A stretch of DNA of 64,000 nt from Thermoplasmatales archaeon. GTDB taxonomy: Archaea; Thermoplasmatota; E2; DHVEG-1. Positions 31,275 through 40,591 of this stretch are shown here, one piece after another. The translations under genes were made by a program, and so were the position numbers. Location of the stretch: contig CP070724.1 of the NCBI GenBank assembly GCA_020350825.1, positions 2,012,848 through 2,076,847 of the forward strand, in the 5' to 3' direction. The notes beneath the pieces were generated by a model, which was not told the DNA's origin, searched no databases, and saw only the letters and a list, made by a program, of their open reading frames with translations. Position 1 is the stretch's first letter. Every line of letters begins with the position of its first letter.

Positions 31275-33095
31275 TTAGGTTTTCATAAAAAATAGTTGGA
31301 TAAAGATTAACAGCAGTTTTTCTAACACTGGAAAACGGCTAAAAATTCTCTCTAAATTCCTTAAGGTGTTACTAAATTGTTGGTTTACAGGCATTGTTAC
31401 ATCGAGTGTACCCCACTCGCTCTCAACATTATGAATATCCTTAGCTTTTGCCATTATTGTGTATGTTCCTTCCTCATCCCAAATGTGTTTTGCCGTAACT
31501 TCATAGTTACTAGTGTAAGGACCAAGCCATCCACTGCTTGTATTATCCCCCCAATCGATTATTACATAAACATCATCACCCTCGGGATCTGATCCATTTA
31601 TTATGTATTCATACTCTTTTCCTGCATTTCCGTTCGTTTGACCTGTTATTGTTGGTTTATTTGGCGGCATGTTGGGAATTTCTATATACGCCTGGGTTAT
31701 ATCTGTTGATTCGCTGTTTTCCACGTCTGTAACAGTTAGGGTGACGGTGTAGCTACCAGTATCGATATATGTATGAATTGGATTTTGTTCATCTGATGTA
31801 TTTCCATCTCCAAAATCCCAAAACCATGAATACGATGGAATTCCTCCATATGCACTGCCTGTGAATTGAATCGGCATATTAAAAAAACCGTAATACGGTC
31901 CATTTGCATCGGCAATGAGTTCGTTTTCACCAAATGCAATTACCTTCCCATCGCCCGATCCGATGAATATTTTGCTAGCAGCTATAGCTGGAGATGATTT
32001 CATTCCTAATTCAGTTCCGAGATGATACTGCCAAATCTCGTCTCCATTGAAAGCATCGAGACAGACGAAATAGCTAGGAGCACCACAACAAGGATATGTT
32101 CCAAAATAAACTTTTCCATCTGCTACTGAAGGATGTGACCTAATACCGCCATTTATTAGATAATCCCAGATATAATCGCCTGTTTCTTCGTTTAAACAAA
32201 ACAACCCCCGATCACTAGAACCGATATAAACATAACCATAAGCAATTGCCGGTGAAGAATGCACCTCACCAAGTGTATCATAACTCCATATAAAACTACC
32301 ATCTTCTGCGTTTAAACAATATACATTATTGTCATTTGATCCAAAAATAACTTTTCCATTAAAAACAGTTGGAGATGACCATATTCCACTACTTGTAGTA
32401 TAAGTCCAAACAAGATCTCCATCAGTACTATCTAAACAAAAAAGAATCCCATCAAGTGAACCAAAATATACCTTATGATCAGATATAACTGGAGAGGACC
32501 AAATAACGTTTCCTGTTGGATAACTCCAAATAAGGCTTCCATCGTCAGCGTTTAAACAATATAATGCACCATCACTAGAACCAAAGTAAACATTACCATC
32601 TTTAACTACTGGTGATGATTCAACCATGAAAATGGTATCATAAATCCATATAAGACTACCATCAATGGCATCAAGGCAATACATCTTAGAATCCTTTGAG
32701 CCGATGTAAACTTTACCATCTGCAACTGCAGGAGAAGATGTAATCTCACCATTTGTTGTATAGTTCCATAGCATATCTCCATTGTTCATGTTGAAACAGT
32801 AAATCTTATTATCCCATGATCCAATGTACACTTTTCCATGTGAAACAGCAGGGGACGACGTAATAAAAAAATCCGTTTGGTATGACCATAGCACTTGATT
32901 GTTATCCGATGCAGTTGAGGTTGAAAATCCCAAATGCTCTGAATCATGGCGGAACATCGGCCACCAATCAATGTCAAGAGATCCGCGAGGATTTACTCCA
33001 TCAATTTTACTACCATTCATAGCCTCGCCCATTGGTAATAGTAAGGTAATAAAAAGTAGCATACAAATTAAAATACGTGTAGGTTTTTTATTCAT
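31275..33095 (-). CDS. secreted PQQ-repeat beta-propeller protein with two C-terminal PKD domains and a hydrophobic C-terminal tail
   Basis: Signal peptide. About eight repeats of GKVY(I/F)GS.D..(L/Y)YC(L/F)...G...W. PKD motifs WFWDFGDGN and IDWGDNT. Tail ...TMPVNQQFSNTLRNLERIFSRFPVLEKLLLIFIQLFF. Confidence 0.7.
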   Translation of the reverse strand: MNKKPTRILICMLLFITLLLPMGEAMNGSKIDGVNPRGSLDIDWWPMFRHDSEHLGFSTSTASDNNQVLWSYQTDFFITSSPAVSHGKVYIGSWDNKIYCFNMNNGDMLWNYTTNGEITSSPAVADGKVYIGSKDSKMYCLDAIDGSLIWIYDTIFMVESSPVVKDGNVYFGSSDGALYCLNADDGSLIWSYPTGNVIWSSPVISDHKVYFGSLDGILFCLDSTDGDLVWTYTTSSGIWSSPTVFNGKVIFGSNDNNVYCLNAEDGSFIWSYDTLGEVHSSPAIAYGYVYIGSSDRGLFCLNEETGDYIWDYLINGGIRSHPSVADGKVYFGTYPCCGAPSYFVCLDAFNGDEIWQYHLGTELGMKSSPAIAASKIFIGSGDGKVIAFGENELIADANGPYYGFFNMPIQFTGSAYGGIPSYSWFWDFGDGNTSDEQNPIHTYIDTGSYTVTLTVTDVENSESTDITQAYIEIPNMPPNKPTITGQTNGNAGKEYEYIINGSDPEGDDVYVIIDWGDNTSSGWLGPYTSNYEVTAKHIWDEEGTYTIMAKAKDIHNVESEWGTLDVTMPVNQQFSNTLRNLERIFSRFPVLEKLLLIFIQLFFMKT

Positions 33096-33353
33096 ATTAT
33101 TAATCCCCTAATATATAACTAATATATATCTTCTATTTAGACTTTATCCTAGAATTAATGGTATTGGTAGATTTACTGGATTGACTAACAAGTCAAAATT
33201 TGTTGATTAATTAGCGTTTTACACATTAAAAATTCAACTGATTTTTCATCCTTCATTCATTACTTTTATTTAAACCACAGCCTCAATAAATCTTTACCCC
33301 ATGTTTCTTCTAACTATCACACTAATAAGAGTAAATTGACTAAATAATAGAGA

Positions 33354-33383
33354 AAGAGTGGGGGAGAAGAAATATATAGGGAA
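33354..33383 (-). terminator. 9-bp stem hairpin downstream of the 33410-35365 gene (terminator candidate)
   Basis: gagaagaaa-N12-tttcttctc. Confidence 0.35.
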
Positions 33384-33409
33384 GTTTCTTCTCTCTCTTT
33401 TATAACAGT

Positions 33410-35365
33410 TTACACAAGTTTTATACTATTAATTTCACTGAGTGTTTCAAGATTATTCATCTTAATCATGTTATTTGAAATTGTGTAGAGAATATCGTCA
33501 ATGTAGAGAGAGCGAGAGATGGAAGAAGAACCCCAATATCCATAATAACCTGATTTAAGAATATCCTCGTCATCTAAATGAGTTATTCGGCCCTTGTATT
33601 CAAATCCATTTTCAAGGCTTAATCGATATACAAAGGCTCCCTGAAACGTAAATTCGCCATACATACTACCAGTATAGTCATCATATTGCTCTTTGATTTC
33701 ATCGCTTATCTCAAAGAGGTTTACAGGTATTACCAACAATTCTTTTTCTCTGTCAAACAAAAAAGCTTTATGGTCATATAGAGCTGGACTATCTGTTCCA
33801 CGATCTCCGATGATTATCTTAGCAACCTCTTTTGGATTCTTGAAATCACTGACGTCAAACAATGCAATTTTGAGCCCTTGATACCAGGCAAAATCTAAGT
33901 TACGAGATTCTTTTAGAGAATCGAGTGCTTCAATGGTGTCTTTTCCAATACCGATGATATGATTCTCATCGTAAGGGTGTAGATAATCAGAATACCCAGG
34001 TATTTTCAGTTTTCCAAGGATTTTTGGATTGTACGGATCAGATAAATCGAGTGTAAAGAATGGGTCGATTTTCTTAAAGGTTACAAGATAAGCCTTTCCA
34101 CCAAGAAATCTTGCTGAATAGATTTGTTCACCAGGAGCGATATCTTCTATTTCGGATACACGGTTTAAATCCTCATCTAGGATATAGACATTGTTGCTAG
34201 ATTTAACATTCTGATCCCACACATTTCCAACTGTTGTTGCAATCCTGAAAAATCCATCATGTTCATCCATGGAGAATTGGTTCAAAACACGACCTGGGAC
34301 ATCTCCTTGAGCAGAATAAGAGATATCTCCATCTTTTATCGAGATTTTATGAAGGATTGTACTTTCCCCATAATCGTCACTAGAGCCTCCAATCAGAGGA
34401 ATAGGATAAACATAATTATATTTTGTATATGCTAAGAAAATATTATTTTTCGATACATACATAGATTGAGAACTGCCAAGAAAAAAACTTTTTTGATTTA
34501 CTTCATCATCATATATGTTAATCGATATAACATGAGTCATAGTATCCAGTCTCTCAGGTATATCCACATAGTAAATCTGGTCGGCGGGTATTTTTCTTGA
34601 AACATCATTAATAGCTATCTCAGGTATGTTAATGGTTTCATTACCCTCACGAACACCGTAAATATTATAAGAATACTCAGTAGCGATAATATAGATGTAA
34701 TCGCCAATCATTCGGGAATCAAAGTATCCCCCATCTACTTCTATATCTTTTACGAATTCAGGATTTTCTCTATCAGTTATATCGTATATTTTAATCACTG
34801 TTGTCGATATTCCGCCCCACCAACAATATTCAGATGTATCATAGCCTAATGGATTTTTATATGAATTACCAAAAACAATGAGTCGATCTTTGGTGATGAA
34901 AATATTGCTGAGATACACATCGCTTTCCAACAAGATTTCAGATAAAATAATAGCTTTCTCCGCAGGATAAGCTCTTACAATAAATACCTTCTGATCTGCT
35001 ACAATATACAAATAAGTGCCATCTGTTTTTACAATATCTGGTTCATCCACACCTTCTACTTGGATATTTGTATTTGAGAAATCAACAGGTGTCCCAACAA
35101 CACCATTATTATCTCCAGCTTCGCCTCTTCCAGATTTTGAAAAAGCCATTGCAGGGACATCTTCACAGAGCCACCCATAACCAGTATAGTTCTCATAATT
35201 ACTATTCAGAAAATCAATGAGTTCGTCATAGGACGAAAATGTTTGAATTTCATATGTATATGTCCCTCTGCTAAGTGGCGATAGTGAAAATGCAGTAACT
35301 AGACTTGCGCATACCAACATGCCTAATACAATTATTCCTTTTATTTGAACATTTTTCAGGTTCAT
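33410..35365 (-). CDS. large secreted hypothetical protein (beta-rich, probable beta-propeller)
   Basis: Signal peptide MNLKNVQIKGIIVLGMLVCASLVTA. 651 aa, no catalytic motif recognised. Confidence 0.4.
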   Translation of the reverse strand: MNLKNVQIKGIIVLGMLVCASLVTAFSLSPLSRGTYTYEIQTFSSYDELIDFLNSNYENYTGYGWLCEDVPAMAFSKSGRGEAGDNNGVVGTPVDFSNTNIQVEGVDEPDIVKTDGTYLYIVADQKVFIVRAYPAEKAIILSEILLESDVYLSNIFITKDRLIVFGNSYKNPLGYDTSEYCWWGGISTTVIKIYDITDRENPEFVKDIEVDGGYFDSRMIGDYIYIIATEYSYNIYGVREGNETINIPEIAINDVSRKIPADQIYYVDIPERLDTMTHVISINIYDDEVNQKSFFLGSSQSMYVSKNNIFLAYTKYNYVYPIPLIGGSSDDYGESTILHKISIKDGDISYSAQGDVPGRVLNQFSMDEHDGFFRIATTVGNVWDQNVKSSNNVYILDEDLNRVSEIEDIAPGEQIYSARFLGGKAYLVTFKKIDPFFTLDLSDPYNPKILGKLKIPGYSDYLHPYDENHIIGIGKDTIEALDSLKESRNLDFAWYQGLKIALFDVSDFKNPKEVAKIIIGDRGTDSPALYDHKAFLFDREKELLVIPVNLFEISDEIKEQYDDYTGSMYGEFTFQGAFVYRLSLENGFEYKGRITHLDDEDILKSGYYGYWGSSSISRSLYIDDILYTISNNMIKMNNLETLSEINSIKLV

Positions 35366-35528
35366 ATTATCACATCACTTCCTTTTTATCCAAAATTATA
35401 TCCTCCAAAGTTTATATACTGTAGGAAAACGTTTGGAAAAAACCAAATAAACTCACAAGAAAGATGGGGATATTATACAATAGTCATAAAGAAAATTTAA
35501 ATAAATAGGTTAATTGAGTATTAATGTT

Positions 35529-36263
35529 TTAGGCTTTTTCTAGTTCAAAAATTAAATACTCATTATCATCCATGAAGACTCTTATATCATTTTGTTGAGT
35601 AACAAATCTGTTCTTCTCAAGGGTTAGCAAATAATCTCCTGGTGGAAGTCGTAAGACAAAGCATCCTCTGTTGATCAGTGGAATTCTTTTTGTAAAAGTA
35701 ACTCTTTTAAATGAATCTGATTGAACAGTAACTTTTACACCAGGTATGCTTGTATTAAACAGCCCACCAATAACCTGTCCTTTGATAGTTACAAACTTAG
35801 TTTGTGGAAAAAAATTGAATATAAATACACTGTCAGAATCTTCCGCTCTATTGTTATTATTGTCGTAGGCTTCTATTTTGACATTGTGTCCTAAAAATTT
35901 TTTTTCATTCCACGTCCATTTATAAGGAGGATCGTATACTGTATCTCTTAATTGCCCATCAATGTAGAAGTTCACCATTTTTATTCCAGATTCATTATCT
36001 GAAACCTCGGCTATAACATCGATACCTCCAATTATTGTAGGGGTAGAAAGCCCCCTTATCGCCTTGTTGTTTATATACAACTCTTTGTCAGGTTTTACAA
36101 GCTTTACAATGGGGGGGGTAGTATCATTTTCATTAGAAAATTCTGTAATCTCACTATAGTCTATATTAAAAGATATATTTTTAGATGATATTGGATTAAT
36201 ACCACTTATCAGTAACAAAGATATTATTCCAATTATTGCAATCTTTACAGCATTATTTTTCAT
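35529..36263 (-). CDS. secreted protein with carboxypeptidase-regulatory-like / Ig-like domain
   Basis: Signal peptide. C-terminal VTIKGQVIGGLFNTSIPGVKVTVQSD matches the CarbopepD_reg-like pattern. Confidence 0.4.
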   Translation of the reverse strand: MKNNAVKIAIIGIISLLLISGINPISSKNISFNIDYSEITEFSNENDTTPPIVKLVKPDKELYINNKAIRGLSTPTIIGGIDVIAEVSDNESGIKMVNFYIDGQLRDTVYDPPYKWTWNEKKFLGHNVKIEAYDNNNNRAEDSDSVFIFNFFPQTKFVTIKGQVIGGLFNTSIPGVKVTVQSDSFKRVTFTKRIPLINRGCFVLRLPPGDYLLTLEKNRFVTQQNDIRVFMDDNEYLIFELEKA

Positions 36264-36380
36264 AATTTAATACCTAACTTAGTATATTTATTATTTCTAA
36301 AATTATTTAAAACTTATTATACAGCTGGTATCTAAAAAACTTGTCTATGGGGAAAAGATTTTTTTATATAAAAAAATAGT

Positions 36381-37703
36381 TTATAGAACCTCGGTTTCTT
36401 CGTTAAATTTAATACCCATCCCTTCAAGTTCATCAAGAATTGGATCGTAGATCTCTGGAATTACAGGAATGTGAATTCCAGTAATATTGATTATCCCTTC
36501 CAAAATCATTTTAACAGCAATAGCTGCCGGCAATGTAACTGTACGTGCAATCGAAGAATCGCCATGAGGTATGCCATAATCAACCAATGTCGAAGTAACG
36601 TACTCCTTGCTAGAAGGATACTCTACAATAATCTCATGATACATCACAATCATATCTCGCTCTCCCTCACCTAATAACATCTTCTTCAGAGTTATTATAT
36701 TGAGATAATCTAGCGGATTGTAATTTTTTTCTGGAAGTAATTCATCGCTAAAAAGACCTAACCATTCAAGTCGTTTAATAACAGCAGAATATGGTTCTAG
36801 ACCAAGATATATCGCAGTTGCTTTTAGAAGATTTTCATCAGAGCTCACACCAATAAGATGTCTTGTAAGATCACCGTATGTTTTGCCAGAAAAACCATCG
36901 ACTGGTTCATCGCTTAGCCACCCCAAAGCTACAATTTTTCTCATAGTTTCACACCAACCAGTCATCCTAAATGTGCCACGATACACTGTTTTTGCGTCTT
37001 TTAATCCATAGATTTCCTTATAAGGTACAGAGTTTCTGTTTGGGTAGTTTTCAAATGTACCAACTCCTGGAACGTCCTGTAAAATATAGTTTTCAAAGAG
37101 CTGCTCACCAGGGATTGATATCTCCTCGCCATTTTCCAGCCATTTTGAGGGATTCTTGGATGCTAGAAGAACACCTCGGGGAGCCCATGAAAATTTGTAA
37201 CCAAAAGGATTGTTATTGGCCTCATAGGATGGAAGGGCACCAGTAGTAGATCTAAAACTAACAACCTTTCCACCTTTCATCTCGACATCATGGATTATCC
37301 TCATTGCAGACATATGATCGATACCTGGATCAAGGCCGCTTTCATTAAGAAGTAAAATCCCTACTTCTTTTGCTTGGTCATTAAGCTTTTGCATCTCGTC
37401 ACTTACATAGGATGTAGTTACCAGGTGTTTTTTATGTTTTATACATAGTTTTGCTACTTTAACGTGATAGTTATATGGTAATAGACTAACGGTGACATCT
37501 GACTCAGAAATTAGTTGCTCTAATGTTGAATCATCCAAAACGTTTAATGCCACTGCTTCTCCTCTTTCATGGGAATCTATTATTTTTTCGGCTTTGCTTA
37601 CTGTTCTGCTTGCCATTTTCACGTGATAATTTGGTTGATCCAAAAGATATCTTACTAGAGGTCTAGAAACCATCCCGGCACCAAGAACCAATACTTTCTT
37701 CAT
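36381..37703 (-). CDS. saccharopine dehydrogenase (NADP+, L-glutamate-forming; LYS9 / AASS C-terminal SDH-domain homolog)
   Basis: KKVLVLGAGMVSRP Rossmann start. SLLPY..H..VAK.CI, LDPGIDHM, PFGYKFSWAPRGVL, ENYPNRNS and KDMIVM segments align with the SDH half of eukaryotic AASS. Confidence 0.85.
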   Translation of the reverse strand: MKKVLVLGAGMVSRPLVRYLLDQPNYHVKMASRTVSKAEKIIDSHERGEAVALNVLDDSTLEQLISESDVTVSLLPYNYHVKVAKLCIKHKKHLVTTSYVSDEMQKLNDQAKEVGILLLNESGLDPGIDHMSAMRIIHDVEMKGGKVVSFRSTTGALPSYEANNNPFGYKFSWAPRGVLLASKNPSKWLENGEEISIPGEQLFENYILQDVPGVGTFENYPNRNSVPYKEIYGLKDAKTVYRGTFRMTGWCETMRKIVALGWLSDEPVDGFSGKTYGDLTRHLIGVSSDENLLKATAIYLGLEPYSAVIKRLEWLGLFSDELLPEKNYNPLDYLNIITLKKMLLGEGERDMIVMYHEIIVEYPSSKEYVTSTLVDYGIPHGDSSIARTVTLPAAIAVKMILEGIINITGIHIPVIPEIYDPILDELEGMGIKFNEETEVL

Positions 37704-37752
37704 TTTTTATCTCCCATAATCTATAGAACTGTTGGAGGCGAAATGGATTTCC

Positions 37753-39051
37753 TTATAAATATTTGTCGATGTACTGATAATCGGGTGTAAGTTTGCCGTG
37801 ATACAAAATAACCGCTTTTTTTATTGAGGGAGGCAAGTTACAATTGTCAAAATCCTGGGTGAAATCGGCTTTTACAATTTCTGGTACCAAAGTATGAAGA
37901 GCAATACTAAAAGCATGAGAAGATTCACGTGGTAACTCACATGGAAGATTGTCAATTCCCATAACAACAACACCTTCGTCAATGTATCCATCCTTTATCG
38001 TGTCTGATAAGGGATTATAAACAAATACTGGATTATCGGGGGTGGTTGCCTTCTCAGTAAATTCAATTGCCCCGTTAATGTCTATGCTTATATCTCCAAT
38101 TACTTGTAAACTCAAACATTCTGTATAATTTTTCTTCAAAAAATCCTTGGTAACAAGTCGTGGATACTGAGTATTCCAGTATATACAATTCATTAGAATT
38201 GTTAAATAAGGAACATATCTCTCAAAAATAGATTGATATTTTTCAGGGTACTGATAATAATCCTGAAGATCAAAGCTATCATTAGACGAAATCGGTTCTA
38301 CCATGTCTTCTTCTTTGAAAACTACTTTATATATACATTTATTTGAAGGATTATCATAAATCTTTTCCATTTCTTTAGGTAAAATCTCTTCCTCAGGCAG
38401 TATATCTAGGATTTCTTGACCACCTTTTGATACATTACCATATCCAGCAAATCCAATTATCAAAGGTGTTAAAGAATCGGAAAGTCCATTTTGTTGTATC
38501 TTTTTACCAATTTTTTTAAAATGCTCTTTGATTTCATCAAGATTTTTATAATAAATCGTTTGTTTGATTTCATTAAACGACGTGTCTATATTTTTGGAAT
38601 TCAACCTCTGCCCAAAAGCCCATAGAGTATCAACCATCCCTGCAATACCTGCAAATCTACCAAAGAAAATCAGACGATACCCACGCTTATCTGCAATTTT
38701 TTCATAATCAATTAAATTACACTTAAGGTCTATCATTTTCCTAAGCATAGGCATATTATAATTCTGACCTTTGACCGTATGAGAGAAGAAAATATAGGTT
38801 TTCCCATATTCAAAAAAATCGATAGGTATTTCCTTTACTGCAAAAATGGTTGGACAGTTTGATAAATCTTCTTTAACAACAGCACCTGCTTTAATATATT
38901 CATCTTCAGAATAAACACGAATTCGTGAGGGTTGAATGATTGTTTTAATACCATATTTTTCTTTGAATTCTTTAACATGTTTTGGAATTAATGGGACCCT
39001 TCTTTCCCACCGATTTTTGTCTTCTCTTCTAATACCTATTGTAAAAACCAT
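37753..39051 (-). CDS. lysine-ketoglutarate reductase / saccharopine dehydrogenase (L-lysine-forming; LYS1 / AASS N-terminal LKR-domain homolog)
   Basis: IRREDKNRWERRVPLIPKHVKEF, IIQPSRIRVYSEDEYIKAGAVVKEDLS, TYIFFSHTVKGQ, IDYEKIADKRGYRLIFFGRFAGIAGMVDTL and IDNLPCELP align with the LKR domain of AASS. Confidence 0.8.
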   Translation of the reverse strand: MVFTIGIRREDKNRWERRVPLIPKHVKEFKEKYGIKTIIQPSRIRVYSEDEYIKAGAVVKEDLSNCPTIFAVKEIPIDFFEYGKTYIFFSHTVKGQNYNMPMLRKMIDLKCNLIDYEKIADKRGYRLIFFGRFAGIAGMVDTLWAFGQRLNSKNIDTSFNEIKQTIYYKNLDEIKEHFKKIGKKIQQNGLSDSLTPLIIGFAGYGNVSKGGQEILDILPEEEILPKEMEKIYDNPSNKCIYKVVFKEEDMVEPISSNDSFDLQDYYQYPEKYQSIFERYVPYLTILMNCIYWNTQYPRLVTKDFLKKNYTECLSLQVIGDISIDINGAIEFTEKATTPDNPVFVYNPLSDTIKDGYIDEGVVVMGIDNLPCELPRESSHAFSIALHTLVPEIVKADFTQDFDNCNLPPSIKKAVILYHGKLTPDYQYIDKYL

Positions 39052-39116
39052 TAGTTTTCCTGAAACAGCCCATCTATTGAGATTTTATATAGATTTTGTG
39101 AAAGAATAATTGCTTA

Positions 39117-40187
39117 CTATTTGTATCGAAGAATTGCTCCAACATGTCCAAGATTATGTATTTCCTCATCATCGGTGAACTCAATTTCCGAATCGGTTCT
39201 TTCAGCAAACTCTAAAATTTCTTCAATTACATCTACCTCAGAAGTAGGATTACCACAATTTGGGCAGTTTTTAATCGCACCCGCTTTTAATAGTTGACAA
39301 TGCTCACATAGGCATCCCTTGAGTTTGTAATCTTTTTCAATTATGAGAAGTTCAACCTGTCCGTTTTTTACCGCGTTTAAAGTATCATCAAATCCATAAA
39401 CAGCAAGACCATCTTTTAGGATTTCTTCTTTTAACTGTTGAACTGCCCCCTTGCTTTTTCGTTCTTCTAACTCAGATATTAAATGAATAGATTCTTTTAA
39501 CAGCTCTTTCTCATCATCAATGCTTATGTCAATTACTTCAACAATTTTCTTTTTAAGTTTTTTAGAAAGCATATCACTGAACTGGAATTTTGCCTGCCCA
39601 GGGCCTGCAAGAACAATTTGCTCATCAGCAATTTTTTCAAGTGCATCCTTAACTTCTGAGAAGAAAGCGTGTATAGCTCCCTTTCTTAGCCTTTGAAAAC
39701 GCGCTTGGGACCAACCTCCCTTTTTATGTTTGTTCATAATATCTGCAGAGAGGTTTTTTTCTTGCTCTACTTTACCAAGAGAAATTGAAAATATTTTTGC
39801 ATAGTTTGAATTCAGAAGTACTAATGTAAAGGATTCCCACTCATCTTTAATCCTAGCAAGAGGGCGTATATATGGTGAGGAATCAACAATTAATGAATTG
39901 TTTATTTTAAAAGGTAGAGAGATGTGTTTAAAAAAATTATGTTTGTGAGATGCAAATATTGCTAATGTATTACCTGTATTTATATTAAGAAATTCCTTGA
40001 TTTTTTCCATTGTAATAATAAAATTTTTCTGTTCTTCTCCCGATAGTAACGACTTACAAGCTTTTTCCCGTCTCTCCAAGAATTTTATATTTGCATCTTT
40101 ATTAATGTAGATGCTGACATATGTATCTCGACTATCTGCATCGTAAATCTCTGACAATTCTCTAATTAATTCACTTAAATCATTCAT
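39117..40187 (-). CDS. eRF1/Pelota-superfamily paralog with GGW(SQ) in place of GGQ and a Zn-ribbon insert
   Basis: Central loop KHKKGGWSQARFQRLRKGA parallels the eRF1 sequence HGRGGQSALRFARLR. C-terminal end GHVGAILRYK matches eRF1/Pelota domain 3. CxxC...CxxC at CEHCQ...CPNCG. Confidence 0.6.
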   Translation of the reverse strand: MNDLSELIRELSEIYDADSRDTYVSIYINKDANIKFLERREKACKSLLSGEEQKNFIITMEKIKEFLNINTGNTLAIFASHKHNFFKHISLPFKINNSLIVDSSPYIRPLARIKDEWESFTLVLLNSNYAKIFSISLGKVEQEKNLSADIMNKHKKGGWSQARFQRLRKGAIHAFFSEVKDALEKIADEQIVLAGPGQAKFQFSDMLSKKLKKKIVEVIDISIDDEKELLKESIHLISELEERKSKGAVQQLKEEILKDGLAVYGFDDTLNAVKNGQVELLIIEKDYKLKGCLCEHCQLLKAGAIKNCPNCGNPTSEVDVIEEILEFAERTDSEIEFTDDEEIHNLGHVGAILRYK

Positions 40188-40292
40188 TTTTCATTTCCTA
40201 AATTAACTTAACCTATTATATGGCTACTGATTTTTTTACTTTCAATTACCTGAATAAAAACATAAATAGTATAAAAATAGCTATTACTATTA

Positions 40293-40565
40293 ATGGGAAA
40301 ACAAACTTCTCTAAAAAGAAATGACGTTATAAGTGCTTCAGAAATTGGTCAATACATGTATTGTTCCATAGCATGGCATTTACAGAGACATGGACATGAA
40401 CCAATTTCACCAATGCTTGAAGTCGGTAAAAAAGCCCATATTGATCTAGGTCAAACAATTGACAATATTCAAGATGAACTAGGCAGTTCAAGACGGTTTG
40501 CAATCATTGGTTATCTGTTTTTGATTCTTGCAATTATTATCATTATTTACGGGGTGATTATATAG
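40293..40565 (+). CDS. Cas4-like / DUF83 PD-(D/E)xK nuclease, N-terminal fragment ending in a TM helix (frameshift-split)
   Basis: ISASEIGQYMYCSIAWHL resembles the Cas4 N-terminus with the first Fe-S cysteine. Ends in hydrophobic FAIIGYLFLILAIIIIIYGVII. Confidence 0.45.
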   Translation: MGKQTSLKRNDVISASEIGQYMYCSIAWHLQRHGHEPISPMLEVGKKAHIDLGQTIDNIQDELGSSRRFAIIGYLFLILAIIIIIYGVII

Positions 40566-40591
40566 ATATTTTTATAGCTATAAGCATCATT

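Noticed and set aside
39117-40187. Calling this gene the canonical aRF1 or aPelota
   Set aside because: It lacks both the NIKS-type N-domain and the GGQ of aRF1. It also has a catalytic-like loop and a Zn ribbon that are atypical for Pelota. It is therefore reported as a divergent paralog pending profile searches.
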